Shown piece by piece: positions 9,992 through 20,150 of a DNA stretch of 64,000 bases. The DNA comes from Desulfovibrio sp. (lineage in GTDB: Bacteria > Desulfobacterota > Desulfovibrionia > Desulfovibrionales > Desulfovibrionaceae), in the NCBI GenBank assembly GCA_016218665.1, contig JACRDI010000036.1, positions 183,414 to 247,413 on the forward strand, written 5' to 3'. Within the stretch, counting starts at the first letter, position 1. Each line of letters opens with the position of its first letter. The position numbers were made by a program, and so were the translations under genes. The notes beneath the pieces are model-generated. The model ran no database searches, was not told the origin of the DNA, and saw only the letters and a list, made by a program, of their open reading frames with translations.

Positions 9992-11080
9992 ATGCGCGCA
10001 GGCACCGCTCTGCTTCTCACCCTGTCGCTCCTCACCTTGTCGGTCCTCACCCTGGGCGGATGCGCCTCCATCGGCCCCGGCAGCGTCAAGCGCGACCGCT
10101 TCGACTACAACCTGGCCCTCACCGAGTCCTGGAAACGCCAGGTGCTCCTGAACCTGGTCAAGCTGCGCTATGTGGAGCCCATCAGCTTCGTGGACGTGGG
10201 CCAGATCGTGGCCGCCTACACCCTGGAGTCCGACGTGGGCCTGGGCGCCACGCGCACCGGCTACGACAGGCCCACCGTCATGGACAACTACTCGGTGAAC
10301 GCCAACGTGTCCGGCAAGTACACGGACAAGCCCACCATCACCTACAGCCCCATGACCGGAAAGGCCTTCCTCCGCGGGGTGATGCAGCCCATCCCGGTGC
10401 AGAACATCCTGCAGAACATCCAGTCCGGGGTCTCGGCAGACGTCATCCTGACCATGAGCGCCGCCTCCCTCAACGGCCTGCGCAACGAGGGCGTGAGCTA
10501 TGCGACCCTGCGCCCGGCGGACGGGCGCTTCCTGCGGGCGGTGGCGCTGCTGCGCTCGCTGCAGCTGGCCGGGGTGCTGCGCATCCACCTGCACGAGAAG
10601 AACGGCGGCCCCACCCTGGGCTTTCCCAAGGGCCAGCTGGCGGAGGACACCGCCGCCCAGGTGGCCGAGCTGAAGGCCCTGCTGGGCCTGGACCCCGCGC
10701 GCAACAGCTTCCGTGTGGTGGATGGCCACAGCAACGACGAGCCGGGCGAGATCGCCGTCAACTGCTACTCCATCCTGCAGATCCTGACCTCGCTGGCCAT
10801 CCGCGTGGACGTGCCCGAGGAGGACATCAAGGCCGGGCGGGCCACGCCGGGCCTGCAGGCGGAGCCCGGCCGCCTGAACCCGCTGGGGGCGCGCATCCGC
10901 TCCGGCGGGGAGGCGCCGGAAAGGGCCTTCGCCTCCGTGCGCTTCCGCGACCGCTGGTTCTGGGTGGACGACAGCGACATGAGCACCAAGCGCCTGTTCT
11001 CCTTCATCCTCATGGCCTTCACCCTCACGGACGAGACCAGGCACGAATCCCAGGTGCAGCTGACGGTGCCCGCGCAGTAG
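9992..11080 (+). CDS. Hypothetical lipoprotein
   Basis: GGAGG RBS; hydrophobic signal with lipobox LGGC; strong GC3 codon bias. Confidence 0.75.
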   Translation: MRAGTALLLTLSLLTLSVLTLGGCASIGPGSVKRDRFDYNLALTESWKRQVLLNLVKLRYVEPISFVDVGQIVAAYTLESDVGLGATRTGYDRPTVMDNYSVNANVSGKYTDKPTITYSPMTGKAFLRGVMQPIPVQNILQNIQSGVSADVILTMSAASLNGLRNEGVSYATLRPADGRFLRAVALLRSLQLAGVLRIHLHEKNGGPTLGFPKGQLAEDTAAQVAELKALLGLDPARNSFRVVDGHSNDEPGEIAVNCYSILQILTSLAIRVDVPEEDIKAGRATPGLQAEPGRLNPLGARIRSGGEAPERAFASVRFRDRWFWVDDSDMSTKRLFSFILMAFTLTDETRHESQVQLTVPAQ

Positions 11081-11270
11081 GGGGCGTCCGGCCGGCGCTC
11101 CCCGCCGCCGCGCCCGCATCTGCCGACTGCCTGCCAGCTGCCAGTTGCCAGCTGTCGGCACCAATTGCCAACGGCCGGTTGCCGGTCACGCATCCCTTTG
11201 CTATGTTTGGGCCATCGCCCCCCGGAACACGAACGCACCCCCGCCCCCCTATCACCAGAGCGAGGTCGCA

Positions 11271-12677
11271 GTGCCAGCATCCCACCCGCAGAGTCTCATG
11301 GTCGAGCTGCCGCCGGACGTGGCTTTTCTTCCGGCAGCCGCGGCGGCCGCTGAAAACGCCGCCCAGGTCTTCGGACTGGACCGCTCCGGGGCCCTCAAGC
11401 TCGCCCTGGCCGTGGAGGAATTCTTCTCCTACCTGTGCCGCTACGCCGGGCGCGAGGAACCCCTGCGCCTGACGCTGAGCCACGGCGGCACCTTCGTGCG
11501 CATGGCCTTCCGCTTCCGCGCCGGGGAGGTCAGCCTGCGGGCCCTCAACTTCGCGGCCAGCGTGGATGTGGAAGGCGGCGGGGATTCGGCCCACGAGGAG
11601 CACGACGCCGAGCTGGGCCTGCTGGTGGCCTCGCGCACCACGGACAGGTGCAGCCTGGAGTCCAGCGGGGCCGGGGTGTACGTGCTGCTGGCCGAGGTGG
11701 ACCGCCAGTACCCCGAGGCCGAGCCCCTGCGGTCGGAGCAAGTCCTCTCCGGCCCGGTGCGCGTGGCGAACCCCGACGGCGCGCCCGCAAGCGAAGGCCA
11801 GTTGCGCCACGCGGCCCTGCTGGCGGCCGGGCGCTACCCGGCGCGCTCCTGCCCGGCCAGCTTCCACCGCCCGGCGCGCTTCGCCGACATGGTGGCCTAC
11901 GGCCAGTACCACGCCCTGCTCGCCTCGGACGCCGCCGGACGCCCGGCCGGGCTCATCTGCTGGCGCGGCAGCGGCCCCAGGTCCGTGGTCTTTTCCGGTC
12001 CCTACGTGTTCGACGCCAACCCGGACCACACCCTGGCGAAAGAAACCGCCCGGCTTCTGACCGAGCGTTTCCTGGCCGCCGTTGCCCGCACCGAGCCCGT
12101 GTGCGCCTTCAGCGAGCGGCCCACGGCCGACGTGCCCGAGGGCTGGTTCGAAAGCCTGGGCACCCTGACCCTGCGGGGCCTGACCGCAGAGGGCGACGAG
12201 GGCGGCGAGCCCGAGACCCAGGCCGCGCTGTTCCGCCACCTGCGCGAGGACGTGGGCGGCGCGGTGTGGGCCCACCCGGACATGGTTCCCTTCCTGGAAC
12301 GCCAGTACGACCGGCTGGCCTTCTCGCGCGACATCCTGACCACCGAGGAGCGGCCCATCCAGCGCGCGCCGGAGCATTCGCTCTTGGCCACCAGCTTCGA
12401 CCGCAGGCGCGGCCTGGCCATCCTGCGGCCCCTGCTGGACGGCCAGGACTTCGCCGCCAACCTGGCGGCCCACGTGGCCGCCCTGGAAGAACAGGCCCCG
12501 GAAGGTCAGCCGGGCGGCGCCATGCCGGACATCCTGCTGCATCTGGACCTCTCCGAACCCTGGCAGGCCGCGCTTTACCCGGCCATCAGCGCCTGCGGCT
12601 TCCAGCCCAGGCTCATCCTGCCCCACGCGGGCTCCTCCGACCTCCTGGTGTGCCAGCATGTCCCTGCCAATCGCTGA
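11271..12677 (+). CDS. Fusion of a degenerate anti-sigma (HATPase_c-like) N-domain with a GNAT-like C-region
   Basis: LKLALAVEEFFSYL resembles the RsbW N-box; ELGLLVA resembles the G2 box; GAGG RBS before GTG. Confidence 0.55.
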   Translation: MPASHPQSLMVELPPDVAFLPAAAAAAENAAQVFGLDRSGALKLALAVEEFFSYLCRYAGREEPLRLTLSHGGTFVRMAFRFRAGEVSLRALNFAASVDVEGGGDSAHEEHDAELGLLVASRTTDRCSLESSGAGVYVLLAEVDRQYPEAEPLRSEQVLSGPVRVANPDGAPASEGQLRHAALLAAGRYPARSCPASFHRPARFADMVAYGQYHALLASDAAGRPAGLICWRGSGPRSVVFSGPYVFDANPDHTLAKETARLLTERFLAAVARTEPVCAFSERPTADVPEGWFESLGTLTLRGLTAEGDEGGEPETQAALFRHLREDVGGAVWAHPDMVPFLERQYDRLAFSRDILTTEERPIQRAPEHSLLATSFDRRRGLAILRPLLDGQDFAANLAAHVAALEEQAPEGQPGGAMPDILLHLDLSEPWQAALYPAISACGFQPRLILPHAGSSDLLVCQHVPANR

Positions 12678-13788
12678 GCTCGTTCCGCCGCACATCCGGG
12701 CCTTCGAGGCCTACGTGCCGAGCAAGCCCGACCCGGAGCTCATGCGCGCGTACAAGGTGGACCACCTGCACCGCCTGAACAACAATGAGAACGCCCTGGG
12801 GCCGCCGCCCGCGGCCGCGCGCATCCTGGCGGGCTTCGAGACCCCGCGCGCGTCCATCTACCCCAGCGGCGACTGCTACACCCTGCGCCAGGCCCTGGGC
12901 GAGCGCTTCGGCAAGGACCCGGAACGCTTCCTGGTGGGCAACGGCTCCTGCGAGGTCATCGCCAGCGTCATCAAGGCCTTCTGCGACAAGGGCGACAACA
13001 TCGTCACCGCGGACAAGACCTTTGCCGTGTACGAGTGGGTGGCCGAGTTCTCCGGCTTCCAGGCCCGGCTCATCCCGCTGAAGGACTATGGCTACGACGA
13101 CATGGGCATGCTGCGCGCCATGGACGGCCGCACCAAGATCCTCTTCGTGTGCAATCCCAACAACCCCACGGGCACATGGTGGGACCGCGACCGCATGGAA
13201 CGCTTTCTGCGCGTGGTGGACGGCCGGGCCATAGTGGTGCTGGACGAGGCCTACCGCGAGTACGTGGACGACGAGCGCTTCCCGGACGGCATGGAGCTCA
13301 TGGAGCGCCACCCCAACGTGGTGGTGTTTCGCACCTTCTCCAAAATGTACGCCCTGGCCGGGCTGCGCGTGGGCTACGTGTGCGGGCAGAAGGAAGTGGT
13401 GGACTACATCCGCCGCACGCACATCGTCTATTCCGTGAACATCCTGGGGCAGCCCGCGGCCGCCGCTGCCCTCATGGACGACGCCGAGCACATTCCGGCC
13501 ACGCGGGCCATGGTGGCGCGGGCCAAGGAGCTGCTGCTCCCGGCCTTCGACGAGCTGGGCCTTGAGCACGTGTCCGGCGCGGGCAACTTCGTCATGGTCC
13601 GCACCCCGGTCTCGGATTCGCTCATCTACAGGCAGCTCATGCGCCGGGGAGTCATGGTGCGCACCATGACCGGCTTCCGTTTCCCCAACTGGATCCGCGT
13701 GAGCCTGGTGCAGGAGCCGGTAATGCGCGATTTCCTCACGGCATTCCGGGATGTTATAGCCCTATCGCGCAGTGACGGGCAGCCATGA
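12658..13788 (+). CDS. hisC: HisC-like PLP aminotransferase (class I/II)
   Basis: LNNNEN, GNGSCE, CNPNNPTG, LDEAY, RTFSKMYALAGLRVGY. Confidence 0.85.
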   Translation: MSLPIAELVPPHIRAFEAYVPSKPDPELMRAYKVDHLHRLNNNENALGPPPAAARILAGFETPRASIYPSGDCYTLRQALGERFGKDPERFLVGNGSCEVIASVIKAFCDKGDNIVTADKTFAVYEWVAEFSGFQARLIPLKDYGYDDMGMLRAMDGRTKILFVCNPNNPTGTWWDRDRMERFLRVVDGRAIVVLDEAYREYVDDERFPDGMELMERHPNVVVFRTFSKMYALAGLRVGYVCGQKEVVDYIRRTHIVYSVNILGQPAAAAALMDDAEHIPATRAMVARAKELLLPAFDELGLEHVSGAGNFVMVRTPVSDSLIYRQLMRRGVMVRTMTGFRFPNWIRVSLVQEPVMRDFLTAFRDVIALSRSDGQP

Positions 13789-15053
13789 GCGGGCCGCCAG
13801 CGCACGAGGAAACCCCGGGCGGAGAGAAGGCCCCGGCATCCCTGCACAGTTATGAGTTCTGGGCCCTCTGCGCGGTGAGCCTGCTCTGCTTCTGCAATCT
13901 AGCAATTTTCTACGGATTCTATAACTACCTTGAATATATCGGCATCGACCCGAAGTGGCGCGGACCGCTGCTGGCGCTGGAGCCGCTGACGGCCCTCGTC
14001 CTGCGCCCCTGGCTGAGCGGCGTGCTGAATCTGGCCAACAGCACCCGCGCAATGCGCATGGGCGCGCTCATCGCGCTGTCGGCCCTGGCGAGCTACCCCT
14101 TGGCGCAGGGCATCCCGGCCATCGCCATGGTGCGCGTGCTGCACGGCGCCGGGTACGTCACCCTGGCCTCCGGCGTCATGGCCGCGTTCACGCACATCCT
14201 CCCGCGCGACCGCGTGGCCCAGGGCTTCGGCCTGCTCTCCCTGACCTCGCTGCTGCCCAGCGCCCTCATGCCGCCTTTCGTGGAAGCCGTGACCCCCCTT
14301 CTGCCGGGGCCCGGCTGGGCCTACGCCATGGCCTCTCCGCTCATGGTCGTCGCCCTGCTGCTCCTGGCGCCCCTGGGCCGCAGGACCGCGGCCCTGGCCG
14401 CCAGCCTGCCGCCGGAGCAGACGGCCCGCCCCGCCTGGGCGGAAATCCTCTCCGGACTGCGCGAGCCCGGCGTGGCCGCCCTCCTGCTGGGGCAATTCTG
14501 CCTGCTGGGCGGGTACACCGTGGTGTATTTCTTCACCAAAAGTCTGAGCCTGAGCCTGGGCGCGGCCAACCCCGGCCTGTTCTTCACCTGCGCCAACCTG
14601 GCCACCGTGGCCTTGCGGGTGCTGGGCATGCGCCGGCTGGACGGCCTCAACCCCGGCCGCACCGCCGGGCTGTCCCTGCTGTTCCTGGGAATCCTGATAC
14701 CCTGCTTCGCCCAGGCCCCGCGCCTGGGCCCCCACGGCGAGGCCGCCCTGCTGGGCATGGCCGTGCTCTACGGCCTGGCCATCGGCCTGTGCATGCCGCT
14801 GTTCAACGCGGCCATGTTCCGGGTGAGCGCGCCACGGCTGCGCGCCACCAACGCCAACCTTCTGCTGGTGGCGCTGGACGCGGGCTTCATCCTGGGGCCG
14901 GTGGCCGCGGGCTGGGCGCTGGCGGCGGGAGCGAGCCTGCAGGGGCTCTACGTCATGGGCGGGGCGGCGCTGCTGGCCGCCGGGGCGCTCGTGATTCCCG
15001 TGGGCCGGCTGACCCCGGGGCAGGCAAGGCCCCAGGCGGACCGGGCGGCTTAG
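13785..15053 (+). CDS. MFS transporter
   Basis: About 12 hydrophobic segments; RVLHGAG motif; ATGA overlap with the aminotransferase. Confidence 0.85.
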   Translation: MSGPPAHEETPGGEKAPASLHSYEFWALCAVSLLCFCNLAIFYGFYNYLEYIGIDPKWRGPLLALEPLTALVLRPWLSGVLNLANSTRAMRMGALIALSALASYPLAQGIPAIAMVRVLHGAGYVTLASGVMAAFTHILPRDRVAQGFGLLSLTSLLPSALMPPFVEAVTPLLPGPGWAYAMASPLMVVALLLLAPLGRRTAALAASLPPEQTARPAWAEILSGLREPGVAALLLGQFCLLGGYTVVYFFTKSLSLSLGAANPGLFFTCANLATVALRVLGMRRLDGLNPGRTAGLSLLFLGILIPCFAQAPRLGPHGEAALLGMAVLYGLAIGLCMPLFNAAMFRVSAPRLRATNANLLLVALDAGFILGPVAAGWALAAGASLQGLYVMGGAALLAAGALVIPVGRLTPGQARPQADRAA

Positions 15054-15895
15054 AGCAGCGCCAGGCGCAGGAGCAGGTTGCCCGCCACCTGCCGGCGGTA
15101 GTCCGCACTGGCGCGCAGGTCGCCAATGGGCCGGACGTTTTCCCGCACCACGGCCGCCGCAGCGGACAGGGCCGCGAGGGTGGGCTTGCGGCCGACGAGC
15201 TCCGCCTCGGCCTCGGGGCAGCGCCACACGGTGGGCCCCACCGAACCCCAGGCCAGCCGGGCCTCGGCTATGCGCCCGCGCTCCAGGCGCAGGAGGGCGG
15301 AGAGGCTCACCACGGCGATGGCCAGCGCGCCCCGGCGCCCCACCTTCTCGAAATGCCGCACCTGGAACTCCGGCGCTGGCGGCACGATGGCCGCGGCGAG
15401 CACCTCCCCAGGCTTCAGTCCCGTGCGCCCCGGCCCGGCGATGAACTCCGCCAGGCGCATGCGCCGCGCTCCGGCCTGGGACGCCAGCTCCACCACGGCC
15501 CCCAGCGCGTAGAGCGGCGGCAGGCAGTCGCCCGCCGGGGAGGCCGTGCAGATGTTGCCCCCCAGGGTGCCCATGTTGCGGATGGGCGGGGAGCCCAGCT
15601 GGGTCAGGGCGGCGGCGAGCTCGGGCAGTGCCGCGCGCACCAGGGGATGGGCCAGCAGCTCCGCGTGGGTGCTGGCCGCGCCCAGGCGCAGGGCGCCGTC
15701 CGCCTCGCGCCGCACGCCGCGCAGGGCCTCCACGCCGTCCAGGCGCACCAGGGACGCGGGCAAAGGCTTGACCCCGTCCTTCCGGGCCGCGCGCAGGCGC
15801 ACCAGCAGGTCCGTGCCCCCGGCCAGGGGCTGCGCGCCGGGCGTTTGCAGCGCCTCGAAAAGTTCCGCCAGGTCACGGGGGCTCTGCACCCTCAT
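15050..15895 (-). CDS. Xanthine dehydrogenase-family FAD-binding subunit
   Basis: LAGGTDL, IRNMGTLGGNICTASPAGD, RPIGDLRASADYR. Confidence 0.9.
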   Translation of the reverse strand: MRVQSPRDLAELFEALQTPGAQPLAGGTDLLVRLRAARKDGVKPLPASLVRLDGVEALRGVRREADGALRLGAASTHAELLAHPLVRAALPELAAALTQLGSPPIRNMGTLGGNICTASPAGDCLPPLYALGAVVELASQAGARRMRLAEFIAGPGRTGLKPGEVLAAAIVPPAPEFQVRHFEKVGRRGALAIAVVSLSALLRLERGRIAEARLAWGSVGPTVWRCPEAEAELVGRKPTLAALSAAAAVVRENVRPIGDLRASADYRRQVAGNLLLRLALL

Positions 15896-16443
15896 CCCTT
15901 GCCCCCCTTTTTGCGCGCCGCAGCGGGCTTCTTGCGCGATGTTTGCGCGGCGGCCTGCGGCGGCCCGGAATCGCCGCGCATTTTTCGCGCCGCGGCCTGC
16001 ACCGCGTCCACGATCATCACGTAGCCCGTGCAGCGGCACAGGTTGCCGGAAATGGCCGTGCGGATCTCCTCGCGCGTGGGGGCGGGGTTCTGCGCCAGCA
16101 GGGCGGCGGCGGCCATGCTCATGCCCGGGGTGCAGAAGCCGCACTGCACGGCCCCGCCCTCGGCCAGGGCCTGCTGGACGGGGTGGGGCTCGCCGGGCGT
16201 GCCCAGGCCGGACGGGGTGGTGATCTCCCGCCCGTCCAGCTGGGCCGCCAGCATGAGGCAGGAAAGCACGTGCGCGCCGCCTGCAAGGATGGAACAGGCC
16301 CCGCATTCGCCGGTGCCGCAGCCCTCCTTCACGTCGAGCGCGCCGAGATCGCGCAGCAGGTCCACGGCGCGCGCGTCCGGCGCGGTCTCCACGGAAATGT
16401 CCCGCCCGTTGAGCCGGAAGGAGATGGTCGTCCTGGGGCTCAT
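15892..16443 (-). CDS. Xanthine dehydrogenase-family 2x[2Fe-2S] subunit
   Basis: GCGTGECGAC, QCGFCTPG, NLCRCTGY. Confidence 0.92.
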   Translation of the reverse strand: MSPRTTISFRLNGRDISVETAPDARAVDLLRDLGALDVKEGCGTGECGACSILAGGAHVLSCLMLAAQLDGREITTPSGLGTPGEPHPVQQALAEGGAVQCGFCTPGMSMAAAALLAQNPAPTREEIRTAISGNLCRCTGYVMIVDAVQAAARKMRGDSGPPQAAAQTSRKKPAAARKKGGKG

Positions 16444-18770
16444 GCGCGCCTCCGGTTCCTTGCGGTGCCCCCGGCCTTGAGCGCCGCCAGCACGCGCTCC
16501 GGAGTGAAGGGCAGCCGGCGCAGGCGCCGCGCCGCCGCGTCGCCCAGGCAGTGGCGCAGGGCCGCGGCAACGGCCGGGGCCGGGCCGTTCAGGCCCACCT
16601 CGCCCACGCCCTTGAGCCCGTGCGGGCCGCTCTCCTCGCAGCCGTCCACGGCCAGGGAGGCGATGTCCGGCAGGTCCAGGGCCGTGGGGATCAAATACGT
16701 GCCCAGGTCGCCGGTCGTGCTGCGCCCGGCGTCCAGGCGGAATTCCTCGAACAGCGCGTAGCCGATGCCCTGGGCCGCGCCGCCCTGGGCCTGCTGGTCA
16801 AAGCCCTGCCGGTGCAGCACGCGGCCGCCGTCGGTGGCGCAGAGGTAGTCGCACACGCGCACCCGGCCCGTGAGCCCATCCACCTCGATGCGCGCCAGGT
16901 GCGCGGCATAGGCGAAGAGCAGGTGCGGGTAGCCGATGAGGAAGCCCTCGGCCTTGCCTGCGACGTCCTGCGCCACGGGCATCAGGAACTCGGCCACGCA
17001 GATGCGGTCGTCGTGCGGCAGGAAGCGCGCCAGCACGGCCAGCGGCAGGGCCTTGCCGCTGGGGGCGTGGACCACCCGCCCGGGCTCCAGCGCGAGGCCG
17101 TCCAGGGTGTCGCGCAGAAGCGGCATGGCCGCGCGGCTGGCGAGCTTGGCCCTGAGGCCCGCGCAGGCTTTGATGAGCGCGTTGCCGAAGGTGTAGGTGG
17201 TGCGCCCGGCTGAAGATGAACCGGACGGATGGCAGCGCTCGGTGTCCGGCATCACCAGTTCGATGGAGGACGGCGGCTGGTTCAGCTCCTGCGCGGCCAA
17301 AAGCGCAAAGGCCGAGGCGTTGCCCTGGCCCATGTCCGCCACGGAGACGTACACGCGGAAGCCGCCCGCGTCCGTCAGCTCCACCTTGGCGATGGCCATG
17401 TCCGGCAATCCCCGGCCGTAGCCCATGCCGTTGAACACGGCGGCCACGCCCACGCCCCGCATGGTGAACGCCGGGGCCGAGGCGCGCCAGGCCTCGCGTT
17501 CCGCCCACAGGGGATGCGCGGCGACTGCCTCCAGGCACTCCGGCAGGTGGGCCGAGGCGTTGAGCCGCACGCCCGCGCCGTTCACGTCGCCCCCGGCCAG
17601 GGCGTTCCTGCGCCGCAGCTCAAGGGGGTCCATGCCGAGCTTCGCCGCCAGCTCGTCCATGAGGCCCTCGAAGGCCGGGCTGGCTTGGGCCACGCCAAAG
17701 CCCCGGAAGGCCCCGGCGATGGGGTTGTTGGTGTACACGCAGCGCCCGGTGACGCGGGTGTTCGGAATGCGGTAGGGCCCGCAGGCGTGCTCCATGGACA
17801 GCTCCATGACCTCGCCGCCCAGGTGCGCGTAGGCCCCGGTGTCGAAGAGCATGTCGCAGTCATGGGCCAGCAGCGTGCCGTCCGTGTCCGCGCCCAGGGC
17901 GCAGCGCAGGCGCACAGCGTGGCGCTTGAACCCGGCGAGCACGCTCTCCTCGCGGTCCCAGGCCATGCGCACGGGCCGCCCCCCGGCGTTCAGCGCGGCA
18001 AGGGCCAGCAGGCACTGCACCGTGGCCCCGTCCTTGCCGCCGAAGCCGCCGCCCAAATGCGGCGCGCGAATGCGGATGGACAGCGGATCGAGTCCCAGGC
18101 CCGCGCCGATCTCGAAGCGGTCGCGGAAGGGGGACTGGGTGCTGAGCGTCATGTCGAGCGTGCCGTCGGGCAGCAGCCGGGCCGTGCCGCACTGGGTCTC
18201 CAGGAAGGCGTGCTCCTGCACGGGGGTGAAAAATTCGCCGCGCACCACAACGGGCGCGTTTTTCAGGGCCGCCCTGGCGTCGCCCTTCTCGATTTTCGCG
18301 CGCAGGAGCAGGTTGCCGCCCTTGCGGCCCGCGTGCACCAGCGGCGCGCCGGGCTTGAGCGCCCCGGCGGCGTCGAACGCGCCGGGCAGGGGCTCGATGT
18401 CCGCGCGCAGGGCGGCCAAGCCGTCGCGCAGGGCCTCGGGTGTCTCTGCCAGCACCAGGGCCACGGGGTCGCCCGCGTGGCGGATGACCTCGCCGCAGAG
18501 CACGGGCTGGTCCCTGTGGATGATGCCGTGGAGGTTGGGGCCGGGCACGTCGGCCGCGGTGAGCACGCGCACCACGCCGGGTATCGAAAGGGCCGCGCCG
18601 GCGTCCACCCCGCGCACCCGCCCGTGGGCGATGCCGAGCCTTGCCCCGGGCCGGAAGGCCCCGGCGTGCAGGCAGCCCTCGGGAATGGAATCAAAGGCGT
18701 AGCGCTCCGCGCCCGTGGCCTTGGCCAGGGCGTCGGCCCGCGGCGGCGTGGAAGGGCTTGGCAGCGGCAT
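16440..18770 (-). CDS. Xanthine dehydrogenase/aldehyde oxidoreductase molybdopterin-binding subunit
   Basis: QEHAFLE, GGGFGGK, AFRGFG, DMGQG, KGVGE (catalytic Glu). Confidence 0.92.
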   Translation of the reverse strand: MPLPSPSTPPRADALAKATGAERYAFDSIPEGCLHAGAFRPGARLGIAHGRVRGVDAGAALSIPGVVRVLTAADVPGPNLHGIIHRDQPVLCGEVIRHAGDPVALVLAETPEALRDGLAALRADIEPLPGAFDAAGALKPGAPLVHAGRKGGNLLLRAKIEKGDARAALKNAPVVVRGEFFTPVQEHAFLETQCGTARLLPDGTLDMTLSTQSPFRDRFEIGAGLGLDPLSIRIRAPHLGGGFGGKDGATVQCLLALAALNAGGRPVRMAWDREESVLAGFKRHAVRLRCALGADTDGTLLAHDCDMLFDTGAYAHLGGEVMELSMEHACGPYRIPNTRVTGRCVYTNNPIAGAFRGFGVAQASPAFEGLMDELAAKLGMDPLELRRRNALAGGDVNGAGVRLNASAHLPECLEAVAAHPLWAEREAWRASAPAFTMRGVGVAAVFNGMGYGRGLPDMAIAKVELTDAGGFRVYVSVADMGQGNASAFALLAAQELNQPPSSIELVMPDTERCHPSGSSSAGRTTYTFGNALIKACAGLRAKLASRAAMPLLRDTLDGLALEPGRVVHAPSGKALPLAVLARFLPHDDRICVAEFLMPVAQDVAGKAEGFLIGYPHLLFAYAAHLARIEVDGLTGRVRVCDYLCATDGGRVLHRQGFDQQAQGGAAQGIGYALFEEFRLDAGRSTTGDLGTYLIPTALDLPDIASLAVDGCEESGPHGLKGVGEVGLNGPAPAVAAALRHCLGDAAARRLRRLPFTPERVLAALKAGGTARNRRRA

Positions 18771-18776
18771 GATTGC

Positions 18777-19895
18777 CTACTCCGGCACCGGCAGAAGGGC
18801 CGCTTCCGGGGCGCCGCACTCGCGCGCGGCGCGGCGCATGTCCTGCACCACCCAGTCCGCGATTGCCTCCATGTCCGGGGTGTGCAGGCGCAAGCCCGCA
18901 AGGGCGGCCGGCTCCATGAAACGCTGGAGCAGCATGGCGTCCGGTCCCTGCGCGGCGTCGCCGAACCAGAGCGGCATGTAGGCGCCCCAGAAGAACCCGG
19001 CCTGGCGCAACGCCTGCGCGGCGTGCTCCGTCCAGGCCTCGCCCAGGCCCAGGAACACCTGCACCAGGGCGGCCCCGTCCCGGCTCGCGGCCGCAAGCTC
19101 CGCCGCCAGGCGCCGGGCGAAGTCCGCGCCGATGCCGAGCACGGTGACGCGGCGCACCCCGGCAAAGGCGAAGTGCCGGGCTTCGATCTGCGTCACGGTC
19201 CCGGCCGGAACCTCGGCATCGCCCTCGCGCACCTCGCGCGTCAGCGGCCAGTTGCCCATAAGGGCCCGCACATGCTTCCCCCACTCGCCGGGCAGGAACA
19301 GGCGGCCGGGCGTGTCCTTGTCCACGCGCTGGGCATACAGGCAGCTGGCGCGGCCGGTCACGCCCTCGCCCGCGTAGGCGCTTTCGGGCATCAGGCCCAG
19401 CTCCAGGCCGCAGGCGGCGAAGCCCGAACCCTGGATCATCTTCTGCGTGGCCATGTGGTGGCACACGGACTCGCCGTAGATGGCGTCCACCCCCTCGGCC
19501 TTGCCGAACAGGTGCTCCACGGCGAAGCGGTGCAGGCGGAAGGCGGCGGAGGTGTTCCGGTAGCCCTTGTCCACCATGAGCTGACCGTATTCGTAGAAGC
19601 GCGGGTTGGGCGGCGAACTGCGGTAGATGGCGGCATGCGCGGCGATGGAGCCGTCCGGGGCGCAGGCCACGATGGCGTGGAAGCGGCGTGTGCGGTTGGC
19701 CTCGATGAACAGTTCCGGGATGTAGGGCTCGTCCACGGGGTAGCCGTCCCCGTAGGTCTGGTAGAACAGCCGGCCCACGCCGGGGGCGTCCTCCGGCCGG
19801 AAGAGCCGGTATTCCAGCTTCTGGCCGGGAATCAGGTCGGCATAGCCCGCCTTGAGGGCGGCCAGGGCTTCGGCCCTGGTCATTGTGCTGGTCAT
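18777..19895 (-). CDS. GNAT-fold protein (putative N-acyltransferase)
   Basis: YRLFRPEDAPGV..LFYQTYG, YEYGQLMVDKGYRN, GESVCHHMATQK. Confidence 0.6.
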   Translation of the reverse strand: MTSTMTRAEALAALKAGYADLIPGQKLEYRLFRPEDAPGVGRLFYQTYGDGYPVDEPYIPELFIEANRTRRFHAIVACAPDGSIAAHAAIYRSSPPNPRFYEYGQLMVDKGYRNTSAAFRLHRFAVEHLFGKAEGVDAIYGESVCHHMATQKMIQGSGFAACGLELGLMPESAYAGEGVTGRASCLYAQRVDKDTPGRLFLPGEWGKHVRALMGNWPLTREVREGDAEVPAGTVTQIEARHFAFAGVRRVTVLGIGADFARRLAAELAAASRDGAALVQVFLGLGEAWTEHAAQALRQAGFFWGAYMPLWFGDAAQGPDAMLLQRFMEPAALAGLRLHTPDMEAIADWVVQDMRRAARECGAPEAALLPVPE

Positions 19896-20129
19896 CTAGC
19901 GTTCTCCGATGAAGCGGGCGAAATCTTCCAGGGATTTGAGGGACAGGGCCTGCTCGTCGTCCAGGGAAACGCCCAGGCGTTCCTCAAGCAGGGCGCAGAA
20001 GGAAGGAAAGTCCATGGAGTCCACCCCCTGGCGCAGCAGCGGCGCGGAGGCGTCCAGCTTCCTGGCCAGCTCGGGCTTCACCCCGGCTTCGACGAGCAGG
20101 GCGCGCAGATCGTCAATGCTTGTGGTCAT
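19896..20129 (-). CDS. Acyl/aryl carrier protein
   Basis: 77 aa, acidic, with the GVDSMDF phosphopantetheinylation motif. Confidence 0.85.
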   Translation of the reverse strand: MTTSIDDLRALLVEAGVKPELARKLDASAPLLRQGVDSMDFPSFCALLEERLGVSLDDEQALSLKSLEDFARFIGER

Positions 20130-20150
20130 GGCCGTCTCTCCTTGGCGCTC

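Noticed and set aside
11120-11185. TGCCAG(C/T)-like heptamer repeats in an intergenic region
   Set aside because: Low-complexity degenerate repeats with no supportable structure.
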